Positions 42,532 through 55,872 of a stretch of DNA of 64,000 bases are shown piece by piece. The first letter of the stretch is position 1. The number at the start of each line of letters is the position of its first letter. The notes below the pieces were generated by a model. The model was not told the DNA's origin, did not search any database, and saw only the letters and a list, made by a program, of their open reading frames with translations. The position numbers and the translations under genes were made by a program. Source of the DNA: Lama guanicoe (lineage: Eukaryota); assembly GCA_013239625.1 (NCBI GenBank), contig MU053561.1:3674283-3738282 (forward strand). Reading direction: 5' to 3'.

Positions 42532-43029
42532 AGAGATGTCTTAATAAAGAAGCACTACACTTGTATATGATTCTTGTGTGAGCGAAACAGATCCACCTCC
42601 TAATTTACCTCATCGAGTCCTGTCTGCTGCTTGTTTGGGGACAGTTTCAGGATCTGTCAGCAGCATTCAGAAGGTTCCATAATCTGGTATATTGCTGATG
42701 ATATTTGCTGGTGCTGAAGTCTGGAAACAGACTGACATCCACACTGACTTTGCTGCATTCAGAATGTTTGTTGCCCTCGGGGCTCCTGATGAGCCATATT
42801 CAGATTCTTCCTTATTTTGCCTTTCGCTGCTGCTCTCCTGGACCCGCCAGACCACGCGAGTGAGGCCCCTTTAGTGCTAATGTCTGTGTGTAGTTGGTGT
42901 TTTCTGGTCTTGCAAACCCATTTCTCAAACTCCACACATTCCTCCCAGCTGCTCGTCAGTGTTCCCTTCCTGAAGGTGCAGCCTGCTGGGCCCTCCTGTG
43001 CGCTTATGTCCACGGCTCCCCCTCCCCTC

Positions 43030-43052
43030 NNNNNNNNNNNNNNNNNNNNNNN
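43030..43052. other. Assembly gap (23 N) in a C-rich tract
   Basis: Run of N flanked by cctcccctc and cccttcacccccc. Confidence 0.99.
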
Positions 43053-43187
43053 CCCTTCACCCCCCCAGCCCCCCAACCTCCAGCTGCCTCCCATTTCCAT
43101 TCCAGCCTGAGTCTGTCCCTGATGTCCCTTTGTATCTCCCCACCCTCTCCACCGGGGAGAGTAACCTCTGATTCTTTTCTCCCCCAG

Positions 43188-43242
43188 GAAGATGACTTGA
43201 ACGGGATCCATATTGTGGCCTTTGCAGAGAGGAGTGACCCAG
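43188..43242 (+). CDS. CASQ2: Calsequestrin-2 exon 8 (EDDLNGIHIVAFAERSDP-D)
   Basis: Acceptor ttttctcccccag, donor CAG|gtagga; 55 bp. Confidence 0.96.
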
Positions 43243-43357
43243 GTAGGAAACCCCTAGTCTTACCCTGTGCACCTTTAATGAAAACTGACTTCTCACCTTT
43301 GTTAGCCCCCAACCTCTTTTCCTCCACTTTCCTTCTTCTGCAACCGCCAGATATAGG

Positions 43358-43371
43358 GCGCCCCCTGGTGG
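43358..43371 (-). promoter_or_regulatory. CTCF motif, reverse
   Basis: gcgccccctggtgg is the reverse complement of CCACCAGGGGGCGC. Confidence 0.65.
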
Positions 43372-44519
43372 TCGCATGTCGGATATGACTCCAATTTCAA
43401 TCGTGCGCCCAGCTAAGAGAACGTGAGCCTCGTTCTGCCTCGCTGTCCAACTAGGAAAAAAACACCGAGTACTGGGGATATCAAACATCCTAACTTTATA
43501 GGATGTGTGTATGCATGTGTGTGTAACCGTCTGTCCACACTTAAAGTTCATTTACCAATTTTAGGATCTAGCCCATATGAATTACAATCCTACCTTAAAA
43601 TAACAATTATGTACCCTTTGGTCTGCAAAATACTGTCTGCGCTTAGGAAACTTCATAGAAAATATTCCTCCAAATAATGAGAACTGGGGGAATCAAGCAG
43701 TTTATTTCGAAAGTGCAAAATGACCCTATAAATGGAGGTGTCACTTTGTTTTATTTTGGAACTTGGACAACTTCTTCCTGGTTTCACTCTTTTTAATACC
43801 AGTGGAGAGTGAAGCTCAGGAAGAATTAATTTTGCAGGTGGTAAAATGCCAGGTCCCTTCAGCAGCGTGCTGTGAGAAAGGGTCCCCGAAGGGAAGTGGA
43901 GGTGGCAATTCTGAAGTGTGTTTTGGAAGCCCTGGGACAATCCAAAGGGTGACCAGAGAAGGCAGAGAACTTCCATTAGGATGGCTAAGCAGCCAGGCTT
44001 TGGGCTAGGAGGTGCCTGGGCAGGGGTTCCCAACCTGGCCAAAGCCGCCTTGGGCAGACTGAAACAGGACCTTCAGACACCTGTCAGTTCATGGGACTTT
44101 GAGAGGAGTGCTGATGCACCATGAGGTTTGGGAACTACTGCTCCAGGTAAGATACAATTGTCTGGTATTTGCTTAGGGCCTCTGACTCTTATAAATTTAT
44201 AGGGACAGACGAGGAAACAGAGGGTCAGAGAAGCTCCACAAAGTGCCCGAGATGGCATGATGAGTTAGTGGTAGCCCATGAAGGAAGAACTGATTGTATC
44301 ATTCATCAATATATAACTGGTTCCTCCACATGCCTTGACACATAGTGGGTGCTCCATAAATGCTCACAGGCAGATGATTAGACAGGCAGATGACTGGCCA
44401 AGGCTGAGCCCAACTCTTCACTGTCTGACTAGTTGTTTGTTTTTGTTTTTGTTTTGGGGTAACACACTATCAGCCTCCACAGTTACTTACAGACTGAAAC
44501 CCAAATGCGGGTATTATGC

Positions 44520-45150
44520 AATTTTTAAAATTGAGATATAATCTGCATACCATGATATTCACCTTTTTTTAAGTGTGCAGTTCAGCGGTTTTTAATATAT
44601 TCACAAAGTTGCACAAATATCACCATTATCTAATTCCAGAACCTTTCCATCCCCTCAGTAGGAAACCCCACACCCATGAGTGGGCACTCCCATTCTCCAT
44701 TCCCCCACCCTGTGGAAACCACTAATGTACTTTCTGTCTCTATGGATTTGACTATTTTGGATATTCCATATAAATGAAATCATGTAATATGTGGCCTTTG
44801 GTGCTTGGCATCTTTCACTCAACATAATGTCATCTTTTTTTGGTATTTTTTTCTTTGGGGGGGCGGTGATTCAGTTTATTTATTTATTTATTTTAATTGA
44901 GGTACTGGGGATTGAACCCAGGACCTCGTGCATAGTAGGCACACACTACTACTAAGTTATACCCTCCCTGCCCCCCATTTTTTCCCTTTCCCTTGACGAG
45001 GTACTGGGGATTGAACCCAGGACCTGACGCACGCCAAGAACGTGCTCTACCACTGATCTATACCCTCCCCACTAAGGTTTTCAATATTCATCTATATGTG
45101 GCATATATCAGTAATTCATTCCTTTTCAGAGCCAAATAATATTCCATGTA
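44520..45150 (-). mobile_element. L1MB-like 3' end interrupted by SINEs
   Basis: ttgagatataat...caccattatctaattccagaac...ctttctgtctctatggatttg. Confidence 0.7.
44835..45072 (-). mobile_element. Two tandem Vic-1-type SINE units
   Basis: gaggtactggggattgaacccaggacct occurs twice (about 44900 and about 44998), each unit ending in taccctccc. Confidence 0.85.
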
Positions 45151-47649
45151 TCCACAACAAAATTATGCTCTAAATCATCTTCCCCCATTTTGTATTAAAT
45201 ATTTTGACTATCCATTGACGTCCCAGTTTTCCCATCACTGACTTGCAGATTTGGAAAAACTTCAAGAATATCTAGTCTGTGTCCCAAAACAAAAAGCAAA
45301 AACCAAAAACCCAGTATGGTTCCAGCTTCTTTCCACAGATTCTGACCACCCCTCTGCCCCTGGAGAAGAAAACAGCAAAGGAAGCCAGTTGCCCAAGGTT
45401 TACAAGCTATAATCGAACAGCATCAGATCCCTGGTGTGGTGTGAAGAGAGACGAAATCGCCAGCAGCAGCAGCCTGCTGCCCAGACTCCAGGGGGCTTCC
45501 TCCCCCGCCCCACCTGCCCGCTCCCAGGACTGTGGGGAGGCCTGACTGGCTCTCTGGAACAATGGAACAAAGAGGCCTCCGAGAAGTTGCTGGAACCTGT
45601 TTGACCAAGATTGCTGCTGTAATGAATCAAACTTCTGAAACTACTTCCACCCCCTCCCTGCACAAATATCCCCAGGCCTGAAGCTGTGTCTTGCCCCAGA
45701 GGAGCCCAGGCTGGGGCTTGTTACTGGGAAGCTGGAAGGACTGTGCTGGGGGAGGGGTGGGGGTGGGGGCGGAGCTCACAGCATTTTTCTGCAGCGAGGA
45801 GGGGCCTGTCCTGCTCCGAGCTGGGAAAGCGAAAGGCTTTTCTGTGAAAGTCCCTGACTCTGCAGCTAGTCAGTCATTACCCGCGGGTCACTGATGTGTA
45901 ACCTAGGGCCAAGGGGCCTGGCGGCAGGACTAGGAATGTCATTCCTGCCCAGACAGTCCTTCCTCATATACGTTGCTCTTGCTAACAAGCTACATGTAGC
46001 TCTTGGCCCCACCAAACCCCTACCTACTCACCAAAGGAAGCAGTTCATACATTCAGGAAAAGACTACAGCTCTCTCCTTAAAGAGCTAACAGTCTGGAGG
46101 AACTGTGCTGTGAGCTTTATGGAAATGGACTTACTTGGTTCCTAAAGCCACCTTTAATAATTTGTCATCCCAGCACCAGATGAGGTAATTGAGTTTTAGG
46201 GGTTAAATGACTTAGCAAACCCCTTGCTGTACCCAAGCCAAGATTCAAATTCTAGCAGGCTTTCTTGACCTCTGGGTTCACCATCATTCTGATGAACATG
46301 AGGATGCCGACGACCTGCGGTGTGCTTGTGTAACATAACAACCCCATGTGGGAGGTGCGGGTTTTATTCTCATTTTACAACGGATGAAGCTGAGGCCCAG
46401 AGAAGTTGACTTGCTGGGAAGCAGTAGAGCTGGAATTAAGCTGAGGGCTGTCTGGCTCCTCAGCCACGCCCTTCACCTCAAGGCTCTGCTGCAGAAGTGC
46501 AAGCGTGCCCTTCCCTGTTGGAGTTACCACCCCTGAGGACACCTGAGTGATCCTTTAGCCAGCCCTCCTTCCTTTCGGCTGTCCTTTCAACATCTGAAAG
46601 ACCGACAGTTCAGTGGCGCGCTGGAGATCACACGGTCGGAGCCACAGCAGACACATGAGCTAGGACTTCTTGGTGACTCCTCTGGGCGCTGTCCACCTGA
46701 CAGCACTCCCTCCCCCAGGCTGCCCCGGCCAGCTGCAGGCTCTGAGCGTGCGCAACGCTGCTGCGATGAATGGGGGCGGGGGAGCCAGAGAAAGGAAGAG
46801 GGAGTGAGAGGAGAGCAGAGCCACCTGGAAGCTCAAGAGCCCAATTAATGAAGAAAAGTCAAACTTCCTCCCCCTTGTCCACCATCAGTTCCTAGACTTT
46901 GAATCTACGACTGTGTAGCAGCAGCAGCAATTAACGAACCCCTCTTCGAGTGAGCCGGGCTCCGCAAGGGCTCTCCCCGCGGTCCCGACACTCCCAGGCC
47001 AGAGCTTGCGTTCAGGGGTTGCAGACAGTGTCTGCTCGCTGGCCCTGAGCGTAATCTCCAGGTCCCTTCTGCGCCGAGCTCTCATCCCTGCTGCCCGCAG
47101 GCAGGCGGGTCTGGGAAGGACATCCCGGCTCTCTGCTCTTGCCGGGTGCCCTGCGGTCCTGCCCGACTTCCTCTTCCACCGCCTCCCCTCCGCTCCTGCG
47201 CTCAGGATGCTGCCGGAGCTGCTGTTTGACAGGTTTGAAAAGGAGTCTCCCCTGCCGCCTCCAGATGTGTCTGCATCAGGCTGACATCTTCTTTATAACA
47301 CTTGATGAAAGGTTCACAGAGTGGCGTTTCTACATGAGCGCGCGCTGGATGGATATCCTCCAAGGGCAGGGGGAGTATTAGCGCTAACAAGCTGGAAACG
47401 CGGGCTGCCGTTGGCGCGAGAGAAGCACAGCCCGCGGGGGGCTCCCCGCGCACCTCTCCAGGCCCTTGTTCCAACCGAGTTTCAAGGGCCTCTGGCCTTG
47501 GTAAAATGTTTTTGAGGCCAGTTGTCTCAAATAGGGATGCTAACTGCCTAGCTGAGCTTCCAAATTTAAACTTGAATTGTTACATTTAACATTGGGTTCT
47601 TGCTAAGTGCTAAATGTGGTTCGAAGCACTTAAATAGCAACACATTTAA

Positions 47650-47850
47650 TCTTGACAGCAGCCCTATGGTTGTAGGCGGTAGGCACTGTCATTATCATCT
47701 TCCCCGATGTACAGACAAGGAAACAATCAAACAATCGTATGAAGAAGTTAAGTAACACCCCCAGGTCACACAGCCAATCAGGGGTGGAACTGGGATTCGA
47801 ACCCAGGCAGTCCAGCCCCAAGCCTGGGCTCTGTAACCACCACTTACTCT
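47650..47850. mobile_element. MIR SINE
   Basis: gttaagtaacacccccaggtcacacagc...gggattcgaacccaggcagtc. Confidence 0.65.
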
Positions 47851-50800
47851 CCTCTTCATCACAGAACCATGCCGTTTAACTTTTCCACCAATTCTGGGTC
47901 CTGAGCGCTGGGCGAGAGAGCAGAGGAGGGCTGCGGTAAGGAGTGGCAGGGTGTTCAGATGTCTCAGGTGCCATCTCAGGACCATGGGGCTCACACACGG
48001 TTTCCCTGTTCAGGGTAGATGTCTCGCTCTAACAGGTGACCGCGTGACTCACCGTGTCAGGAAGGTGCTGTCATCCTTGTCTGTCCTCGGAGTCTGTACC
48101 CTAAGGTTCCCAAAGGGCCCAGTTTCAGATGCCACGTTGCTGCTCTCTGAGACTTTCACGCTTACTGAGTGGGCCTTTCTGAGGGGGCAGCTGAGGGCAG
48201 TCACCTGCCCCTACACACCCTTGTGTCCCAGCACCTGGCCTGGGCCTACTACAGGTGGACACTCAGAATATACCTGCCTGATGGTGACAAAATGAATCCC
48301 TCCCATTAATGAAGGATGAACGTCGTGAGAAACACTTATAAACAGACCATTGATGGGGTGAGAGAAAGAAAGAAGACAGAGAAGATCTTGGCAGTCTCTT
48401 TTGCAAGCCCCTCATGTGATAACAAAGCACCGTTACTACCAGAGGGCCTGCGAGGTAATGGGGTCGCTGTTCTCTCCATTTTCAGACGAGGAGATGGAAG
48501 CCCTAGAGAGGTTAAGGGACCAGTGCAGAGTTTTCAAACTAGACGGGTGCCCCCTCCAGATACAACCTCCCAGCTGCATGGTGCCTGCCCCCCCACCCCC
48601 GCCGACTTATCTGTATCATCTGTCACAGAGCCAAATAGCCTGGCTCCCCGAGCCTAGACCTGTCTCCAGGAGCGAGGCCCCAAGTCCCATAACTGCACGT
48701 GATGCGGTGGCAGGGAGGGTCTTTCAGTGCCTTTGTGCGGTGGGCACCGCCAGCCCAAGGCTGGGTCCGGAGGACGGGGCGCGGGCCCGGCATGCTGTGG
48801 GCCTGTTACTCCGGGGCCATTGCTTGGTCTGAGAACCACATGTCTGTGCCAGACAGGCCCTGGCTCCTGTCTGGCCTGGAACTGGTCCCCCAGGGCTGGT
48901 GCAGCCTCATTCCCACCAGGCCTCCCTGCCTGGGAAGGCGGAGGGCAGAATCAGCGGCTTCCCCTCCCACAAGGATGTGATTCCCAGAGGCCTCTCGCTC
49001 ACCGTGGGAAACCTGGCCCAGCCAGGGCCCTCGGCCCAGGTCGTGGGATCTCAGGTCCAAGCTCGTGTGGCAGGGACGGCGTCACAGTTCCCACAGCACC
49101 GGCCCCTCTTCTTTACTTAGGGCCATCTCTGAGACTCCAGGCGCACTCAGGGACGTGCTGAGTGAGCCAATCAGGCTGTGGCCGGGGAGGGTGTGGCTCA
49201 GCTGTAGGTTAGAAAGAGGGGGCGGGACTTGTGGCTACTCAGGGGTGGGTAGAGGGGGCCCACCAGCCCCAGGCTGCACCCTGTGTGTCCCTGGGCCCCG
49301 CCTTGCTTCCCTTACCTGGAGGCTTTCACACTCTGCTGCCAGATCTCAAGCACAAACTTGAGAAAGAAGATGCAGCAGCTTTTGTAAGTGGGTGGAGACC
49401 TCACAGGCAAAGTGGATTGTGGAAAGGGCTCTGGACGTTCAGACCAAAGCAGACCCGGGTTAGAATCCTGGCTCTGCCCCTGGCTTGCATGTGATGCTGG
49501 GCAAGTCATGTTCTCTCCCTGTGTCTCAATTCCGTCCTCTTTCAAATGGAGGTAGTAAATTCTTCCTAATCTCCATGAAGACTACATGGGAAGGTTACAT
49601 GCAAAAGTACTCAGTAGCCAGTAGCCAGTAAATGCTCAAGAAATACTCCCCAAATTAAGGTTGGGCGATGTGATTGCAGACTTCCTGCATGTAAAGAACA
49701 ATGTCCTGTGTGCATAAAGGAAGAATTTGAGAGATGGACTTCTTGAGGGAAAAAAGGAGATTTCAGTTATAGGCAAGAAAAAGACTCAGCTGTCAGGATT
49801 ATTAAGTCTGTAGTGGGCCTTGAGGGAAGTCAAAGGGTCTCAGTCCTGGAAACATTCAAGAGAGAAGACAGACAGATGTTCTGGGTGAGGCGATACACCT
49901 GCCTTGATATGTGGGATGTTTGGGAGCCCTTTCTGGTTTGAGATTGGGTGCGTCTCAAAATAATAACCACAGAAAATAGTCCTGTAGTTTCAAAGGTGAA
50001 GGACCTGCTAGCCTACGAATCTCAGAATAATATTTCCTCCCCCCAGACTTGGCTGTGCTCCTCAGAAGCACAGGGAACTCGGTGGGACCTCCTTACAGAC
50101 TTCTCTGCCCTCGTGCTCCTGCAACAGGGGGGGGTCACTAAGAGATTCTGAGGTCTTCCCATTTTTCTGAGTTTTATTCTAAAACCGAACTTGGGTCCTC
50201 TACACGCGGGGATGCCCTGACACCATGGAGCTCCTGTCTGTGGCCACGTATGCACACACGAGCTAGCTTTCGTGCACGTGCACGTGTACACACATACACA
50301 GGCACAGAGCTTATTCTCAGGGGCTTGTCAGAAGCTAAACTCTTTGTTTCTGCTTGGGAGTGGGGCGGGGATGCTGAGGGCTCAGGGTATGCTTTCTCTT
50401 ACTGAACAGTCTTCCAAAATTGTTGCTTCTATCATGAAGTTTATCTTTCCAGTTCTTCAAGGTTTAGACTCTCTGCACTCTTGATGCTCAGAAGGCTTGT
50501 CTCTGCTTTTCTTATGACTCACCCCTCCCCTGGGGGTGATGAAGGCGGCAGACTGACTAGGGGGCTGGCAGAGCATACAGGGAAATGGTGAGAGAGGGAG
50601 GGAACCCCATTTACTATCTCAAAGCTATGAAACAAACCGTCAATCAGAGCTCACTTAGTTTGAAGGTTTTAGGAACTGTGGGTTGCAGAAAATTAAGGGT
50701 CCACGCTCAAAGTTCTTTGTCCATAGAGCAAATGTTATGGGGAACTCTGAGGGATAGCAAATTATCCGTGTTAAGAGATGGCACAGAGCACTGAGGACCA

Positions 50801-51086
50801 GGCAGGAGTCGCTCTGCTCTGGGATTGCATTTTCTGACTCCAGGCTGGTCAATTTTCACATGCAGATTAGCAAATGGAGCTTGAATTCGAGTTACAACCA
50901 GACACTTCCCCGTGAACTTTTAATTTCTTTATTCACCATGTTTATTGTTTCCTTTAAAGAAGCTACTTTGCGGCTAGGGTTCTCATCTGATTGATTATAT
51001 AGAAAAAGCCTATAATTGAGGGTATGCACCAAATGGCCTCAAAACCCTTTGTAGAAAAACGGCCCTCTGCTCTCTGAGTTACTTAG

Positions 51087-51290
<204 letters not shown>

Positions 51291-52918
51291 TAGCATGAGA
51301 CCTGGATGCATGAAGGAGGGTGTGAAGTAGGAGGGGCACTTGCAGAAGCCTCATGGCTGCCCCTATCCAGTGTGAGAGATCTTGGCCCCTGGTGCCACAT
51401 GGAACTTAGAGCCTGGTGCCGACATTGATGTGGTTAGACTGACGGTTCTCACTCCCTGGAGACCACTCCGTGGGGCCCACTCAAGTGAGTTGTGTGAGAG
51501 TCTTCCGCCTGTGTCTCCATAGCTGCCCCTCCTCCCACCAGCACCCCTTACTATAACCACTGTCATTTCCTGAGTGGGGACCATTGCTCTGAGGCAACCT
51601 AAGTTACTAAGTAATAAAAATTAGAGATGAACATTTTGCATAGAATTCAAAACTGCATGGAGAGAAGGAGCCAGAGGCCCCATCTGTCTTGTTCATCATG
51701 TTCTCCCAGGTCTCAGCATAATATCTAGCACGTGTTGAATGTATAAGGACCTTAAAGCCCAGACTCTTGCTGGGTCAGTGATCAATGGCCAGAAAGCCGT
51801 AATTATGCTTAGTTTCAAAGAGAATAAACAGAATTTGTACAATACTTGCACCCAGTGGTAATGATAATGAACATGGCTAATGTACTCTCCCCTATGCCTG
51901 CAGCTATGGAAAGTTCTTTACTTGGACCATCTAATCCTCTCAACAACCCTATGGAGTAGAGAACATTATAATCCCTTATAGGTGAAAAGAATGACAGCTG
52001 GCGAGATTAAAGCTGTAGGCTGTAGACACGATCTTCCCACCAGGGCCGTATGAGCCCAAAGCTTGCTCTGTTATTCAGTAGACTTTAGATTGACCCAACT
52101 GCTGATAATCAGTACGAGCTATCATTAGGATATAAATGATAACTCTGTCTTGGTTCCAGGAATTATCATTTGTTGCCTAGGTCACAACTGATCAAACTAT
52201 GATTTAAATAGACAAAAAAAAAAAGAGGGGATTTAGTGATCTCCAGGGTCCTGAAACCCATCCTACACAGAGGATGAATGAATCAAGGGTAGAAAATTCC
52301 ATGTCACCTGAGGGCAAAGTCAGAATTCTGGGAAACATGACAAAGTCATGGTCTCATAAGACTCTCTGTGTTATAGCCTGGTTTGGCTGCTGCCTGGTTG
52401 CATTTCTAGTTTACTGGGGCTGTTTTGTTATGCAAGCTTGCAGATGGTCTGCACTTCTCCTGACCTGTTCTACATGCTTGCGTTGGTTTTTGCAAAGGAG
52501 AAATCTTCAGACTGTCCTGATTTCCAGGTTCCTGATTATCCCCAGTCCCCATCAGACTTTAGATTTGTTTGGGAGACCTTCTACCACTGAACGTCTCCAT
52601 TTCCTTAGCCCCATGGCCCTCCTCCTTTAGTCGGGCCCCAGTCAGAGATCAGTCCACATGAAGCCCAAGCCGGGCTGGATGAAGCCCTCTTCTCACTGTG
52701 CGCCCACGTGGGACACATCCCTGCTTTCCCAGCCATCTCATGCGCAGAGTGGCACAAGGGAAGGGATTTTTAAGTGGGACACTGAAGGAGCGGTGGAGGG
52801 AAATGGCTCTCTCACCACACATACCCCATAAAAGAGCCACAAGTAATCTGAGAATCAGCTTTGGACCATCTCTGTAATCTTCCTCACAGCTGTAGAAGCT
52901 TTTCTATTACATACTTTC

Positions 52919-53291
52919 TCTTTTTTTTTTAACATTTTTTATTGATTTATAATCATTTTACAATGTTGTGTCAAATTCCAGTGTAGAGCACAATTTTTCA
53001 GTTATACATGAACATACATATATTCATTGTCACATTTTTTTCTCTGTGAGCTACCATAAGATCTTGTGTATATTTCCCTGTGCTATACAGTATAATCTTG
53101 TTTATCTATTCTACAATTTTGAAATCCAGTCTGTCCCTTCCCACCCTCTGCCCCCTTGGCAACCACAAGTTTGTATTCTATGTCTATGAGTCTATTTCTG
53201 TTTTGTATTTATGCTTTTTTTTTCCCTTAAGGTTCCACATATGAGCGATCTCATATGGTATTTTTCTTTCTCTTTCTGGCTTACTTCACTT
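52919..53291 (-). mobile_element. Young camelid L1 3'UTR with TSD
   Basis: Close reverse complement of 26251-26604; TSD tattacatactttc (52905-52918) and tattacatgctttc (53292-53305). Confidence 0.92.
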
Positions 53292-53518
53292 TATTACATG
53301 CTTTCATAGTTTGTATTCTGACATCTTTTCTTCGTGCTTATTTAAAGTGCTGAGCGCTGGGGCCACGTCTTCAGTTTCCTCGGTGCCCACAGCTGTTTTG
53401 GAGACCTTGAACGAGTGGTGACCTAATTTCGGCGCTGGGATGGCAGGTGGGTCCAGCCACAAGAAGTGGCTTGCACAGTGACTGCCTGCATGTCTAATTT
53501 TATTTTTTGTTGCTGCAG

Positions 53519-53593
53519 CTTGTTGCCTATTGGGAAAAGACCTTCAAGATTGACCTCTTCAAGCCACAGATCGGGGTGGTGAATGTGACAGAT
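53519..53593 (+). CDS. CASQ2: Calsequestrin-2 exon 10 ([25 protein letters not shown]), with the NVT N-glycosylation sequon
   Basis: Acceptor ttttgttgctgcag, donor GAT|gtgagt; 75 bp. Confidence 0.97.
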
Positions 53594-54002
53594 GTGAGTA
53601 CACCTCATGAACGCTCCTCAGATACCCTCAGCCTGCCCTGTTGTCTGCCAGGCAGCCCAGACTGTGAGATCACATGCAGAAGTCCAGCCCCGCATGAAAT
53701 GGGCAGGACCCTTGGCTCTGCCCACGCTCAGGGAGATCTGCCACCGGGGCCCAATCCTAGTCTCTGAGCCAGTCCCAGCCAGTGGTTCCAGGGTTCTCTT
53801 CCATGAGCCCATTCCCTTGCTTATGGGGCCAGCTCAGCTTTCTTTACTGACTGGAACTTTCTACTCAAGTAAACTCTCCTGTATTTTCCTCCAAAGCCCA
53901 ATGACAAAGTCTCTTTACACAAGAGAACTCACATTGGGAGTTGGCATGGTTCAGTGGGTGATGGGGCAGCAGAAGCCCCTGCTGGCAATCACCGTTGTGT
54001 GT

Positions 54003-54105
54003 TAGGTTTACTTATTTTTTATTTTTAGAGGAGGTACTAGGGATTGAGCCCAGGACCTTATGTATCCTAAGCATGAGATATAACACTTGAGCTATACCCT
54101 CCCCC
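54003..54105 (-). mobile_element. Vic-1-type SINE
   Basis: gaggtactagggattgagcccaggacctt...gagctataccctccccc. Confidence 0.8.
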
Positions 54106-54476
54106 ACTGTTTATTACTATTAATTTTAAAAGTAGTTTGCAAAATAAATAAATACAGAATTTCCCAGGTGACTGAACATCTACCAACAGGGTAAAAGGAC
54201 ATTGCTAACTGGCTATATATATAAAATGGAATATATATATATGCAAATATACATATATATGCAGTGGAATACACATTTCCTTTTATATTGCACAAACAGG
54301 ATACTACACATACCATTCTGCAACGAGGCGTTGCCATTTAACAACGTGCACACAGTCCTGATAAGCGAAAGTGACCTGGGGCCCTCAGCACGGCTGCTTG
54401 GAAGCCCCTGGTCTGGCTGATCCTTCACTCACTCCCACACGCACACACTCACACGCTCATTCTGTCTCTGTTGCAG

Positions 54477-54683
54477 GCGGACAGTGTCTGGATGGAGATT
54501 CCAGATGATGATGACCTGCCCACCGCTGAGGAGCTGGAAGACTGGATTGAAGATGTGCTTTCTGGAAAGATAAACACCGAGGACGATGACAACGAAGACG
54601 AGGAGGATGAAGAGGATGACGACGACAATGACGATGACGATTCCGACGAAGAAGATGACGACAGCGATGACGATGATGAATAG
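54477..54683 (+). CDS. CASQ2: Calsequestrin-2 exon 11 coding part ([35 protein letters not shown] plus Asp/Glu-rich tail, stop TAG)
   Basis: Acceptor tctgttgcag; 68 codons plus TAG; the long acidic tail is typical of cardiac calsequestrin. Confidence 0.97.
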   Translation, partial: ADSVWMEIPDDDDLPTAEELEDWIEDVLSGKINTEDDDNEDEEDEEDDDDNDDDDSDEEDDDSDDDDE

Positions 54684-55872
54684 CCCCCAAGCCCGATGAT
54701 TTTCATGAAGACAGAACCACAGCTACCCACTACCATGCCGGCAGCACAAGGTAGCAGCAAGCAGCTTCCAGCCCGCGTCCGGCCAGCTCCCTTCCCTTTT
54801 CCAACACCCCCCCCCTTCTCATCAGGAGATGTGCAACTCAGCAAATGCCTTTCTAAATCCAGCAGTCTCACTCAGCAGGGACAGTGGGGAATTATTCCCA
54901 GGTTGACTGCCTTGATTGTCATGAAAAAGCTCTTGTTTTTTGCCAGACCACCAGCGGTCACGGCAGTGCGGGCATCTGGCAGTCTGGGGAGAGCAATCCC
55001 CTAACACCTCGACTCAAGTTTCCTTGTTGTCTTTGACTCTGACAGTAGCAGAATTCACAGCTTGCTAACTCACAAGCGTGGTGTGACCTTATAATCAGAG
55101 CCCAGGGAAGACGCAATGATTCGTTTAGCTCTGATGCCTAGAGTATCAGTTAGAATCCCTCCTCAAGCCTACAGGATCCCTCTTAGGGATGACTCAGGCT
55201 TGAAAACAAATCAGCTTCTTTTGGTTCTATTGGACTTACAATTGAAGGGTAGGTCAGACCATGATAAACTCACATCCAAGCCTTAAGCAGCTATTGAGAG
55301 GTCTTGAAATACGTGCTTACTGATTTCACCATCATTTCTAGTAAATGAGGGTACTGGGATGGGAGGTTGATTTGCTCTCTGAGCTTGCCTCTGGGTGACC
55401 GTCTCACATTTACACGCAAGGGCCGGGGGAGCTGGAGGGATTAAGGGGTTTTAATTATTTCTGACGGCGTTAGGTCTCTGACTGGGTCACCTGGTGTCCT
55501 CCTCTGAGCTGCGATCTGGATACCCCTTCTCTGTCGCTGCTAGTGAGTCTTCCCATTCAGAGTAAAGGTTGGTTTGTCCAGAGGGCAATGAACTCTCCAT
55601 CTATCAACACTCCCACAGTGGAGCAGGGCAACAATAATTAGAATTCATGATGATGCCCCGAGGCACTAAGAAAAGCCCCAAGTGCCTTCTGAACTCTCTA
55701 GAAGTTATATTGTGCTTGGTAGTTTTAGCGTTAAGTGTGCATTATAATGTTCTAATTTATTTTCTCAGTCTTTTAATACATGTGTAAGACACTGCAAATT
55801 CTTTGAAAACAGGGCAGTCCTTTTTTGGAATAGTAGCTAACTCTGCCATTAAAGTTATATTTTGAAAATACT
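54684..55872 (+). other. CASQ2: CASQ2 3'UTR (end approximate)
   Basis: Sequence without recognisable repeats between the stop codon and the ATTAAA at 55848, followed by a T/GT-rich tract. Confidence 0.7.
55848..55853 (+). terminator. Probable CASQ2 polyadenylation signal (ATTAAA)
   Basis: ATTAAA in an AT-rich context with downstream ttctcttgatgttttgattctg. Confidence 0.65.

Noticed and set aside
54449..54871. 140-aa poly-Ser ORF on the minus strand
   Set aside because: Antisense shadow of the GAY/GAR codons of CASQ2 exon 11
54696..55004. 102-aa ATG ORF directly after the CASQ2 stop
   Set aside because: Lies in the 3'UTR, no recognisable protein similarity, length expected by chance
55819..55828. 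Perfect CArG box CCTTTTTTGG
   Set aside because: Isolated homopolymer-core match in the 3'UTR; no supporting context
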